A DNA stretch of 64,000 nucleotides from the IMG/VR virus record IMGVR_UViG_3300033145_003233, positions 1-64,000 of that record; one strand, written 5' to 3'. This document shows, piece after piece, positions 55,428-64,000 of the stretch. Within the stretch, counting starts at the first letter, position 1; every line of letters begins with the position of its first letter. The notes below the pieces were generated by a model that made no database searches, was not told the origin of the DNA, and worked only from the letters and a program-made list of their open reading frames with translations. The position numbers and the translations under genes are program-made.

Positions 55428-57880
55428 CTAGATTATAAGTTCTTCTACTAGTGTCCCATTGACAACTATTTGAAGACTTCCTTCTTCCGCTATATATTCT
55501 ATATAAACATCTTCATCTTCTCCCTCAATAGAAGAACTGCTGGAGCTTACAGAGCTGCTTGAGCTTACGGAACTACTTGAGCTACTCACAGATGAGCTAC
55601 TTGAACTTACCGAGCTACTTGAACTTGAAACTGATGAACTACTAACAGATGAACTGCTCGAACTTGAAACAGACGAACTGCTTACTAAACTACTACTTGA
55701 GCTTATAGAACTAGAGCTTACAGAACTAGAGCTTACAGAACTAGAGCTACTGCTAACCGAAGAACTACTAACTGAACTACTGCTTGAGCTTATAGAACTA
55801 GAGCTTACAGAACTAGAGCTACTACTAACCGAAGAACTACTAACGGAAGAACTGCTTGAACTTATTGAGCTACTAGAGCTGCTATCTTCTGCTACACTAC
55901 TACTACTTGAACTTACTGAACTACTTGAACTTGAAACCGAAGAACTACTAACAGATGAGCTGCTTGAGCTTACTGAACTACTTGAGCTTGAAACTGATGA
56001 GCTACTAACAGATGAGCTGCTTGAACTTACTGAACTACTTGAGCTTGAAACTGATGAGCTACTAACAGATGAGCTACTTGAACTTACTGAACTACTTGAG
56101 CTTGAAACTGATGAGCTACTAACAGATGAGCTACTTGAGCTTACTGAACTACTTGAGCTTGAAACTGATGAGCTACTAACAGATGAGCTACTTGAGCTTA
56201 CTGAACTACTTGAGCTTGAAACTGAAGAACTACTAACTGAACTACTGCTAGAGCTTACAGAACTAGAGCTTACAGAACTAGAGCTGCTACTAACCGAAGA
56301 ACTACTAACTGAAGAACTGCTTGAGCTTATTGAACTACTAGAGCTGCTATCTTCTGCTGCGCTACTGACCGAAGAACTACTTACTGAACTGCTGCTAGAA
56401 CTTACCGAACTACTTAAGCTTGAAACTGACGAACTACTTACTGAACTGCTGCTAGAACTTACCGAACTACTTGAGCTTGAAACTGATGAGCTACTTACTG
56501 AACTAGAGCTTGAACTTATAGAGCTAGAACTTACAGAACTAGAGCTTACAGAACTAGAGCTGCTACTAACCGAAGAACTACTAACTGAAGAACTGCTTGA
56601 GCTTATTGAACTACTAGAGCTGCTATCTTCTGCTGCGCTACTGAAGAACTGCTTACTGAACTACTTGAACTACTAATTGATGAGCTACTTACAGAGCTGC
56701 TAGAACTTGAAACTGACGAACTGCTTACTGAACTACTAGAACTTGAAACTGACGAACTGCTTACTGACGAACTGCTTGAGCTTACTGAACTACTTGAACT
56801 TGAAACTGACGAACTGCTTACTGAGCTACTAGAACTTGAAACTGACGAGCTGCTTACCGAACTACTGCTTGAACTTACTGAGCTACTTGAGCTTGAGACT
56901 GATGAACTGCTAACAGATGAACTGCTAGAGCTTACTGAACTACTTGAGCTTGAGACTGATGAACTACTTATAGAAGAACTTGAGCTTGAGACTGATGAAC
57001 TACTTACAGAAGAACTTGAGCTTGAGACTGATGAACTACTTACAGAAGAACTTGAGCTTGAGACTGATGAACTACTTATAGAAGAACTTGAGCTTGAGAC
57101 TGATGAACTACTTACTGATGAACTGCTAGAACTTACTGAACTACTGCTGACAGATGAGCTACTAGAACTTACTGAACTACTAGAGCTTGAAATTGATGAA
57201 CTGCTTGATGATCCCTCCGGCAATATTTCAAGAAGATGACCACAATTTTCGTCACTAAAACCACCAGCCCAGTCAATTATTATTGAATCAGGTGCCCCGC
57301 CTATTTTATCTCCGACATAGAAACTTTCATCTTGAGAAGTAGAACCTCCTCCAGTCTCACCATTAGCGATTTGAAAAAATCCAGCACCTCCTGTAGTAAC
57401 AGGAGATCCATCTGCTCCATAAGCACAAGCCACTGCAAATAATGTACTTCCTGTTGTTGCCGAGCCAGATGGCAGAACAGTTGTTGTTGTAAGACTATTA
57501 TTTACATCTTCACTGAGAAAATTAGTAGCATCGGCTACTGAGCTATTAATCGTTCCAAGATAATTAACTGCCGTGGAATGAGTATGGGCATCAGTAGTTT
57601 GTGTAAAAGTAATATTAGCGATTCCGGGAGAGGGATTAACTCGCCCATAAGTAGTGATTTTTTTATCTCCGCCACTAGAAGTGTCATTTGTAGTAGCATC
57701 AATAATAGAAAGAGTCTCAGTTGTATTCCCTGCAGGTGCAATACTAATACTCTCATTAGCATCCTGAGTAACAGTGACAACAAGGAGAGTCGTCCCTTCA
57801 TCAACCTCATGCACATAAGTTATCTCACTTGCATTATCGGTCAATGTATATGTTGTATATTGTCCTCTAGTTATTGCCAT
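55428..57880 (-). CDS. Giant poly-Ser virion/adhesin-like protein interrupted by one frameshift near 56642 (about 818 codons if restored)
   Basis: ORF 56603-57880 drifts out of frame. The Ser frame continues without stops in the segments checked to ...SIEGEDEDVYIEYIAEEGSLQIVVNGTLVEELII* at 55428. Confidence 0.75.
55530..57211 (-). repeat. About 560-codon low-complexity (S4-7-V/I)n tract with three S-A/V-A-E-D punctuation units
   Basis: Hierarchical gagctact/gaactact repeats; AED units near 55885, 56350 and 56628. Confidence 0.92.
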
Positions 57881-57981
57881 TAATCACCTTTTTGATTATT
57901 TGCTCCAAACATATACTAGTTATATTTGAAATGGTAAAAACCTCTAAAACAATGAGGGAAGGGGGTGTTTTCTTCTTTAAT

Positions 57982-58482
57982 CTATATGATTTTATCTACA
58001 ATAGACTTTAGAAATTCTTTTTCTTTATCATTATAGCTAAATCTATCTTGATTCTTCTCAAGAGAGGCAAAGATATTTCCATCAGTATGTCTCTTAGTGG
58101 CTGCAATCCAATCTGCTGTCATTTCTAGCTTGTCAAGATGTGATAGCCCTTGATATCCATCTTTATAATATTCTGGATGATGACTATTTTTGCTATAATG
58201 TAGGGTGATACATGGTTTAATACATTTTAACATCTCTCTATATTCATCTGTCCCATAAGTTATTGTTTTTAATTTAAAAGCAACTTTTGCAAAATATTTT
58301 GCTTCTGCCCAAAAAAATTTATCAAGATCATGTACCAAACCTCTTTTAAACAATGCCCATTTATCTGGATGTTTAATTTTAAAATTAATTTTTATGATGT
58401 AATAAAAAACCCATAATTTATGCCGAGATACCTGAACGTGTCCCCAAAAATATCCTGCCCAAAAAACAATTAACTTCTTCAC
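57982..58482 (-). CDS. HD-superfamily DUF5662-like protein
   Basis: H..SRHK..V; GLVHDLDKF; HY..NSHHPEY; EM.ADW. Confidence 0.75.
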   Translation of the reverse strand: MKKLIVFWAGYFWGHVQVSRHKLWVFYYIIKINFKIKHPDKWALFKRGLVHDLDKFFWAEAKYFAKVAFKLKTITYGTDEYREMLKCIKPCITLHYSKNSHHPEYYKDGYQGLSHLDKLEMTADWIAATKRHTDGNIFASLEKNQDRFSYNDKEKEFLKSIVDKII

Positions 58483-58484
58483 CC

Positions 58485-58850
58485 TTATTTTTCTTTCAAA
58501 TTATTATCGATGTATATATCATGTTCTTTATCTATAGCATTAAGAAATTCTATCATAGACCATGTAAATCCCATTGCAGTAAATCCGCTGAAAGGCCAGA
58601 AAAAATAAGGACAACCCAATAAGGTAGAAACAATACAAATAACTATATCAGCTACTAAAGCTCCCCAGAAAGAAGTGCAAGTGGTACAAAAAAGCATTTG
58701 TGGAAGTTTATAATGTATCTTTCTTAAAAAGAATTGTATTCTTATCCTAAACGGTCTTACAGGCCAATCTTTCCCTTTTTCAACGAAGGTAACAGCAAGA
58801 CCAAAAGATAGCAAAACAGACATAACTAGACATATAAAAAAATTAAACAT
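58485..58850 (-). CDS. Membrane protein (DUF1360-like)
   Basis: Three hydrophobic segments; LFCTTCTSFW. Confidence 0.6.
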   Translation of the reverse strand: MFNFFICLVMSVLLSFGLAVTFVEKGKDWPVRPFRIRIQFFLRKIHYKLPQMLFCTTCTSFWGALVADIVICIVSTLLGCPYFFWPFSGFTAMGFTWSMIEFLNAIDKEHDIYIDNNLKEK

Positions 58851-58870
58851 ACTAATATATCGTCTTTTTG

Positions 58871-58899
58871 CAGGATTTAGTAAAATATCTCCAAATATA
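58871..58899 (+). promoter_or_regulatory. Putative phage-sigma promoter CAGGATTT-N12-CCAAATAT, giving a near-leaderless mRNA
   Basis: Matches the RAGGWTTT class; ATG 7 nt after the -10 box; no SD. Confidence 0.5.
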
Positions 58900-58905
58900 T
58901 AACTT

Positions 58906-59280
58906 ATGAATTGGTATAAAAGATCACAATTATCTACTGTAGATGTTATAGAAGATCATAATAAGGATTATTTAGAGATAGGACATGATTATTATCGTGG
59001 CAAAAACCCCCCTCCTAATAAACCTAATTATCTTTGGATGTTTCATAATGGAGAAATATTATATGAAGAAGAAACCTCTGAACGGTCGAACCATGGAATG
59101 GTAGAAGAATGGAAAATTCTAAGCGGAGATATATTTAGTGGTAGATTTGAATCTGCTACAGGTTCGTTAAGTATTAGTAGACCTCAAACTGGGGTGAGAG
59201 AATATCTTCCCATTCCTAAATCTATACTGTATAAATTATATCAAAAATTTCCTGGAATAAAACAAGTTTATATTTTTTAA
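58906..59280 (+). CDS. MNWY-leader protein; paralog of the C-terminal domain of the next gene
   Basis: IGH, NYLW, GRFES.TG.LS..RP and KLYQKF.GIKQ shared. Confidence 0.85.
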   Translation: MNWYKRSQLSTVDVIEDHNKDYLEIGHDYYRGKNPPPNKPNYLWMFHNGEILYEEETSERSNHGMVEEWKILSGDIFSGRFESATGSLSISRPQTGVREYLPIPKSILYKLYQKFPGIKQVYIF

Positions 59281-59284
59281 AATT

Positions 59285-61426
59285 ATGAGTTGGTATAAAA
59301 AAGCACAATTAAGTAAAAAACTTCTTAAAAACATTGAGAAGAAGAAGCAAATTTCTCTTCAAAAAGGATGGACTCCTGAAGAGGTAAATTGGGTTGCGGA
59401 TATATCAACCAAACTTAATGACCCATCTTATTTTCTATGGTTATTGGAGCAAACCAGAAATGGCAGTGCTAACATACAAACTAGAGAAGATGATAAAAAA
59501 ATATTTGAAGCATTGGAGAAATTTGATGAACTTAAAAAGAAAAAACTTATTTCAGAAGATATTAATAAATTCAAAACATTTGCTGATTTATATGAAGTAG
59601 TTAAAGACTTTTTAGAACAACAGGGTCGATCTTATATGCAAGATGTCGGATCAATGGGAGGGGCAAAACTTCTTTATAACGAGAATAATATATCTGTCAT
59701 TGAAGTAAGAAACTCTAAAGCTGGTCAAGAATTATTCCGAGATTCAGGGTGGTGTGTAAAAGAGCCTGAACAATTTGACCATTATGGCCCTCCTTTCTAT
59801 CTATTTAGAAAATACAACGAGAACTATGCCTTGTTCCATGCAAAATATGGAGACTTTAAAGACGTAGCAGATAAATCAATGAGAATGAGAGAAACAATTC
59901 CATTGCTTCCATCTTTTAATTTTTTATTTCAATCAGAAATAATTGATCCAAAGAAGCAGAGATTAGGAGATATAAGAGTTATTCCTGAAATTATGCAACA
60001 AAAAGAAACAACAAATAAACTTTGCGAAATTGGAGATATGCAAGCTTTAGACAATGTTATAAGTAGCGACTTAGAATATTCCAATCTTATTGAAAAATTT
60101 AATTTAACACCTGAAATAGTAGATTTGGTAAAGAATAACTTTTTAAAAACACGGGGAAAACTGTCAAAACCTGAAGAAATTAATGATTTTTATCACAGTA
60201 TTCCTGTCTATTTAGATCAAGCAGGAATTTTACCGACAGAGCAAGAAAAATCAATTGTTAGTGGTGCTATGGATATTAGTATAGATAGAGATTCTTATGA
60301 GATGCTTGAAAAAGGGTATTTAGATCTCAACTACCCTTCAAAAATAGTTAGAAACCTAGAGACTATAAATAATTTATACAGGAAATTACACAAATCACTA
60401 AAAACCGACAAAATAAAAAGAGAAGCTGTTCGATGGAATAAAATGATAATAAAAAGCGCCCCCGAAGCTATTGAATTATGGGCTATGCTTCCTGAGGAAT
60501 TAAAAAGAGAATGCCTTCCAGAAGCTCAAAAAGGGGCGGCAGATGAAATTCGCCGTGATCCTAAACTATATTATGATCCTGAACAACAAAAACAAATCCC
60601 ACCGGAATTAATAACAGAAAATCTTAAAAATGCTTCTTATAGAGGAGTTTTACAACTACTTCCAAAAAAACCTTATCTATCATGGGAACAAAAGATTCCT
60701 CCAGAATTTCGCACTGACGACTTTGACAATATCCTTTATGAAGCCCGCATTAAAGGAGTTCCCACTAAATTTTCTTCATGGGAAGATATGGACGAGATAT
60801 TTAAAACAAAAGAGTTATGGAATAAATTTTACTCTTTAGCTTTAAATAGTATTCAAAACAGTTATAGCCCTTCAATTATTAGTCGCATACCAGATGAGTT
60901 TAAAACAGAAGAATTGATTGCTCTTTATTACCAACATCATTCTGAACAAGCACAAGATTATCTTCCTGCTAAGATTATGCAGCAACAAAAAGAATTATTA
61001 GAACAACAACTTCAAAATAAAGTAAACACCCCTGAGCAAGTAGATCCTCTACAATCCGAACACAAAACCAATTGGTATAAAAAATCTCAATTATCAACTA
61101 TAGACGTGCCGGAAAATCACAATAGAACCTACATGGATATAGGGCATGAGGGGCTTGATGATGAAAATCCTAATTATTTATGGGTTTTATATGATGGAGA
61201 AATATTATCTGAACAAGAGGACCCTGGTCTTCCACAACATCCTGATTTGTGGCCTAACATAAATTTTGGAAAAGTATTTTGTGGGAGATTTGAATCTTCT
61301 ACAGGAGCGCTAAGCGTTCATAGACCGCTTGATAATGCCATGGTGAGGAATAGACCTGTCCCAAAATCAATACTATTTAAATTATATCAAAAATTTCAAG
61401 GAATAAAACAAATTTACACCTTTTAA
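59285..61426 (+). CDS. MSWYKKAQ-leader multidomain protein (PcfJ-like WC domain, helical repeats, fused internal NWYKK module)
   Basis: SGWCV motif; IP.EF.T repeats; internal TNWYKKSQ at about 61067. Confidence 0.8.
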   Translation: MSWYKKAQLSKKLLKNIEKKKQISLQKGWTPEEVNWVADISTKLNDPSYFLWLLEQTRNGSANIQTREDDKKIFEALEKFDELKKKKLISEDINKFKTFADLYEVVKDFLEQQGRSYMQDVGSMGGAKLLYNENNISVIEVRNSKAGQELFRDSGWCVKEPEQFDHYGPPFYLFRKYNENYALFHAKYGDFKDVADKSMRMRETIPLLPSFNFLFQSEIIDPKKQRLGDIRVIPEIMQQKETTNKLCEIGDMQALDNVISSDLEYSNLIEKFNLTPEIVDLVKNNFLKTRGKLSKPEEINDFYHSIPVYLDQAGILPTEQEKSIVSGAMDISIDRDSYEMLEKGYLDLNYPSKIVRNLETINNLYRKLHKSLKTDKIKREAVRWNKMIIKSAPEAIELWAMLPEELKRECLPEAQKGAADEIRRDPKLYYDPEQQKQIPPELITENLKNASYRGVLQLLPKKPYLSWEQKIPPEFRTDDFDNILYEARIKGVPTKFSSWEDMDEIFKTKELWNKFYSLALNSIQNSYSPSIISRIPDEFKTEELIALYYQHHSEQAQDYLPAKIMQQQKELLEQQLQNKVNTPEQVDPLQSEHKTNWYKKSQLSTIDVPENHNRTYMDIGHEGLDDENPNYLWVLYDGEILSEQEDPGLPQHPDLWPNINFGKVFCGRFESSTGALSVHRPLDNAMVRNRPVPKSILFKLYQKFQGIKQIYTF

Positions 61427-61431
61427 AAATT

Positions 61432-61974
61432 ATGAATTGGTACAAAAAAGCAAATAGCTATATAGCTTATTATGGAACTCCTACAGATTTTCAAAATTTC
61501 TCTTATGAATTTCTTGGAACTAACGGAACTGCCGAGGGCTTTGGTTTTTATTTTACTAGTAATAAAAGTATTGCTGAAGGATATGCTGATGGAGGGATAT
61601 TAAAAAAAGCTATTCTTGATATTAAAAAACCCCTAAATTTTGTAAGGCTTAGTATCTCTAAGCAAAACCTAGCTGTGTTTTTAAGAGCATTAGATCCTAC
61701 AGGTGAAGGATATCTGTCAAATTGGGGGGAATCTAGCTACGAAGGATATCAACAAGTTTTAAATACAGCTATTGAAGGAGAGTTTTCAGGGTCAGATAAT
61801 GATGTAGATTTAATATCAGGAATCATACAAGCTCAAGGAGGGGATGCTGAATCTATATATAAAGTATTAAAACAAACATTGGGATATGATGGAATTGTTG
61901 TTAATCGTCCATCATGGGGAGGAAATCAAGTTATATATGTAGTATTTGACAACTCCCAGATTAGGGAGATATAA
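61432..61974 (+). CDS. ADP-ribosyltransferase-like (ART-PolyVal type) protein with MNWYKK leader
   Basis: AY(Y/H)GT..DF..F...G.GFYFT.....A.GY; YDGIVV; YVVFDNSQI. Confidence 0.7.
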   Translation: MNWYKKANSYIAYYGTPTDFQNFSYEFLGTNGTAEGFGFYFTSNKSIAEGYADGGILKKAILDIKKPLNFVRLSISKQNLAVFLRALDPTGEGYLSNWGESSYEGYQQVLNTAIEGEFSGSDNDVDLISGIIQAQGGDAESIYKVLKQTLGYDGIVVNRPSWGGNQVIYVVFDNSQIREI

Positions 61975-62508
61975 ATGAATTGGTATAAAAAAACAGTTGA
62001 AAGTGAAAAGAATCATAGTATAATAGTTGCTATGAAAAAAGAATTTGTAATAATGCGTGGTCTTCCTGGCTCAGGTAAAAGCACCCTAGCTAAGCAATTA
62101 GCAGGAACAAATGGTCAAATATTCTCTGCTGATGATTTCTTTATGGACACAGATGGAAACTATAATTTTGACCCTTCTAAATTAGGACAAGCTCATGAGT
62201 GGAATTATAATAGAATCAGAGAGGCTATCAGCGCAGGGGCCTCCCCTGTTATCCTGGACAATACAAATGTTGCACAATGGGAGTTAAGGAAATTAAAACC
62301 TCTCATAGAACATGCTACATTAAGAGGATACAAGTCAAGAATAGAAGAACCTCAAACTCCTTGGGCAATGGACCCAGAAGAACTTGCGAAAAGAAACACT
62401 CACGGAGTTCCTCAAGAAGCTATTGAAGGAAAACTTAGAAAATGGGTTAAAGATCCCACAATAGAAGATATCCAAAGCAATTTTGGCATTCCTCAATCTC
62501 CCCAATAA
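61975..62508 (+). CDS. P-loop (N4BP2/AAA_33-like) polynucleotide kinase with MNWYKK leader
   Basis: IMRGLPGSGKSTLA, SADDFF, AHEWN, ILDNTN, RNTHGVP. Confidence 0.85.
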   Translation: MNWYKKTVESEKNHSIIVAMKKEFVIMRGLPGSGKSTLAKQLAGTNGQIFSADDFFMDTDGNYNFDPSKLGQAHEWNYNRIREAISAGASPVILDNTNVAQWELRKLKPLIEHATLRGYKSRIEEPQTPWAMDPEELAKRNTHGVPQEAIEGKLRKWVKDPTIEDIQSNFGIPQSPQ

Positions 62509-62565
62509 AAATGGGGAGAAAACCCTTGCAGGCCTTCCCCCCACAGAGTAGTGGAATCAGGGGGG

Positions 62566-63180
62566 TTATTTACATTTTATCGCGTTAGCAAATAAATCTT
62601 TTATTTTAACTTCTTCCATTTTATACCATCCGGTTGGCATATCATTAAAATATTGATTTATATATTGTTTATAAGAATTGAACCAGTTCTTTCTGTTTTT
62701 TTCTGATGTTTTGTTTATTTTTTTTCGGCTAATTCCAGTCAAATATGTTGCATAGTCTTCTGCTTCTTTGTTTACATTATCAGAATCATTCTTATTGCAG
62801 GAAGCAGGCCCCCAATGAAGCAACTTTCTATCTGAAGAAATGGCCCAACAGTCTACATTATATTTAGACAATTCTAAAAATTTCTTACTAAATTTTATAG
62901 CTTGAGGATCATAACCTTGATTTTCTAAATTCTCGTCAGAACGACTTTCTTTAACTATTACATCATTTATAGCTATTAAGTCGCCAGAATTGAATTGAGT
63001 TTTAACTAAAACATCTATATCTCTAATTCTAAAATCTGAATTATCAATATTCTCAGCATAAGATCCCCAGAGATAAAGATCTTTAACTCCCTTTACTTTT
63101 CTAAAATCTTCTAACGCCCCTGATATGTGGGGCTTTATATCTTTTATCTTAGGCATACACTTTTCGTACCAAGAACTCAA
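62566..63180 (-). CDS. Pol-beta-type nucleotidyltransferase domain protein
   Basis: LYLWGSYA...RDIDVLV (GS plus DxD), third Asp VDCW; MSSWYEK leader variant. Confidence 0.7.
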   Translation of the reverse strand: MSSWYEKCMPKIKDIKPHISGALEDFRKVKGVKDLYLWGSYAENIDNSDFRIRDIDVLVKTQFNSGDLIAINDVIVKESRSDENLENQGYDPQAIKFSKKFLELSKYNVDCWAISSDRKLLHWGPASCNKNDSDNVNKEAEDYATYLTGISRKKINKTSEKNRKNWFNSYKQYINQYFNDMPTGWYKMEEVKIKDLFANAIKCK

Positions 63181-63321
63181 TATTAATCTCCTCGTAACTT
63201 TATTAATGTTTTTTATTTCAAGTATATTTATTATATTCCTTTTTTTGTCTTTCCGCTTAATGAAAAAAAGAGGTTTTTCCGATATATAAAAATATATAAA
63301 AGGGGTTTTAAAGTATAAAGA

Positions 63322-64000
63322 ATGAAAAAAATATTTTTAATTCTGTTATTGTTATCGTTAATAACTGCTGCTTGGGCAGGAACAAGAAGAACTAGGGAAC
63401 AAGAGTACCTGAAAGGGTCGTTCACTATAGAAGAAGGTATGTCTTTTTCCAGAAATTTTCGGGCTTGTGATGTAGATGGAGATCCCTTAATAATAGAAAT
63501 AGATGACTTGCCTCCAGGAGCAACTTTATCAGATGCCATACCTTTAATCTGGGACCCTGATCCCAATCATTGTAATAATGAATCAGATCCAAACTATTGC
63601 ATGACCTGTTTCTCTGGTTCTGTAAATACTAGTTGGTATATTTCAACTTTTGACTGGACCCCCGATTATACTCAAGCAGGATTCTATCAACTACATCTTC
63701 ATGTAATGGACGATCAGGGAGGAGATGATTGGGTGATGTATGAGATAACTGTTACCAATGTAGATCAAGGGCCTGGAACAAGAAGACCAAGAGAAGACGA
63801 ATATTTAGCAGCCACGATAAATGTATCAGAAGGAGAACTTGTTTCTGCTACTATCAGAACTTGTGATGTAGATGGAGACCCGATACAAATAGAAGTAGAA
63901 GATTTGCCTGCTGGGGCAATCTTGTCAGATGCCATTGAAATAGTCCCATCTCCTGATCCAAATGTGTGTGACGAAGATCCCAACAATATGGAAGCATGCC
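63322..64000 (+). CDS. Secreted protein with tandem Ig/cadherin-like repeats; runs off the right edge
   Basis: Missed by the ORF track. Signal peptide MKKIFLILLLLSLITAAWA; two repeats GTRR.RE.EYL...CDVDGDP..IE..DLP.GA.LSDAI; WTPDYTQAG.Y. Confidence 0.8.
   Translation, partial: MKKIFLILLLLSLITAAWAGTRRTREQEYLKGSFTIEEGMSFSRNFRACDVDGDPLIIEIDDLPPGATLSDAIPLIWDPDPNHCNNESDPNYCMTCFSGSVNTSWYISTFDWTPDYTQAGFYQLHLHVMDDQGGDDWVMYEITVTNVDQGPGTRRPREDEYLAATINVSEGELVSATIRTCDVDGDPIQIEVEDLPAGAILSDAIEIVPSPDPNVCDEDPNNMEAC

Noticed and set aside
56603-56640. AQQKIAALVVQ as a genuine C-terminus
   Set aside because: It is the out-of-frame reading of the SSAAEDSSSS unit seen in frame at 56350
63231-63986. Minus-strand ORFs 63231-63566 and 63765-63986
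   Set aside because: Antisense to the signal-peptide Ig-repeat gene; their mutual similarity only mirrors its repeats

Overview
AT-rich 64-kb segment of a large (probably jumbo) tailed dsDNA phage. All calls come from motif recognition by eye; no HMM or BLAST search was run. The minus strand carries a virion morphogenesis block: two Gly-Ser-Ser-repeat fibre genes, an HK97-type major capsid protein, a probable decoration protein, a 1868-aa prohead protease/scaffold fusion, a portal fused to a DUF559 nuclease, about 20 head-associated hypotheticals and the terminase large subunit. It continues with nucleotide metabolism (dut, nrdJ), a Maf-like glycosyltransferase, HNH, Macro and a FliA/WhiG-like sigma factor. 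A plus-strand accessory operon behind a perfect sigma70 promoter carries pncB, nadE, a CoaB-aldolase fusion, a methyltransferase, a Lar-like protein and many Zn-finger microproteins. The right end holds a frameshifted giant poly-Ser protein, a cluster of MNWYKK-leader genes and a secreted Ig-repeat gene. Most striking: about 11 otherwise unrelated proteins (HicA-like, ART-like, P-loop kinase, HTH and others) share an N-terminal M-N/S-W-Y/F-K-K leader, usually followed by a K-x-A motif that recurs throughout the head proteins. This suggests a capsid-targeting and proteolytic-release cargo system. Other leads are a phage Preiss-Handler NAD+ route, a cassette array with repeated junctions downstream of the capsid gene, three promoter/terminator-bounded sRNA candidates, and two conserved promoter classes. 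No intact tRNA, rRNA, CRISPR array, integrase or reverse transcriptase was seen.
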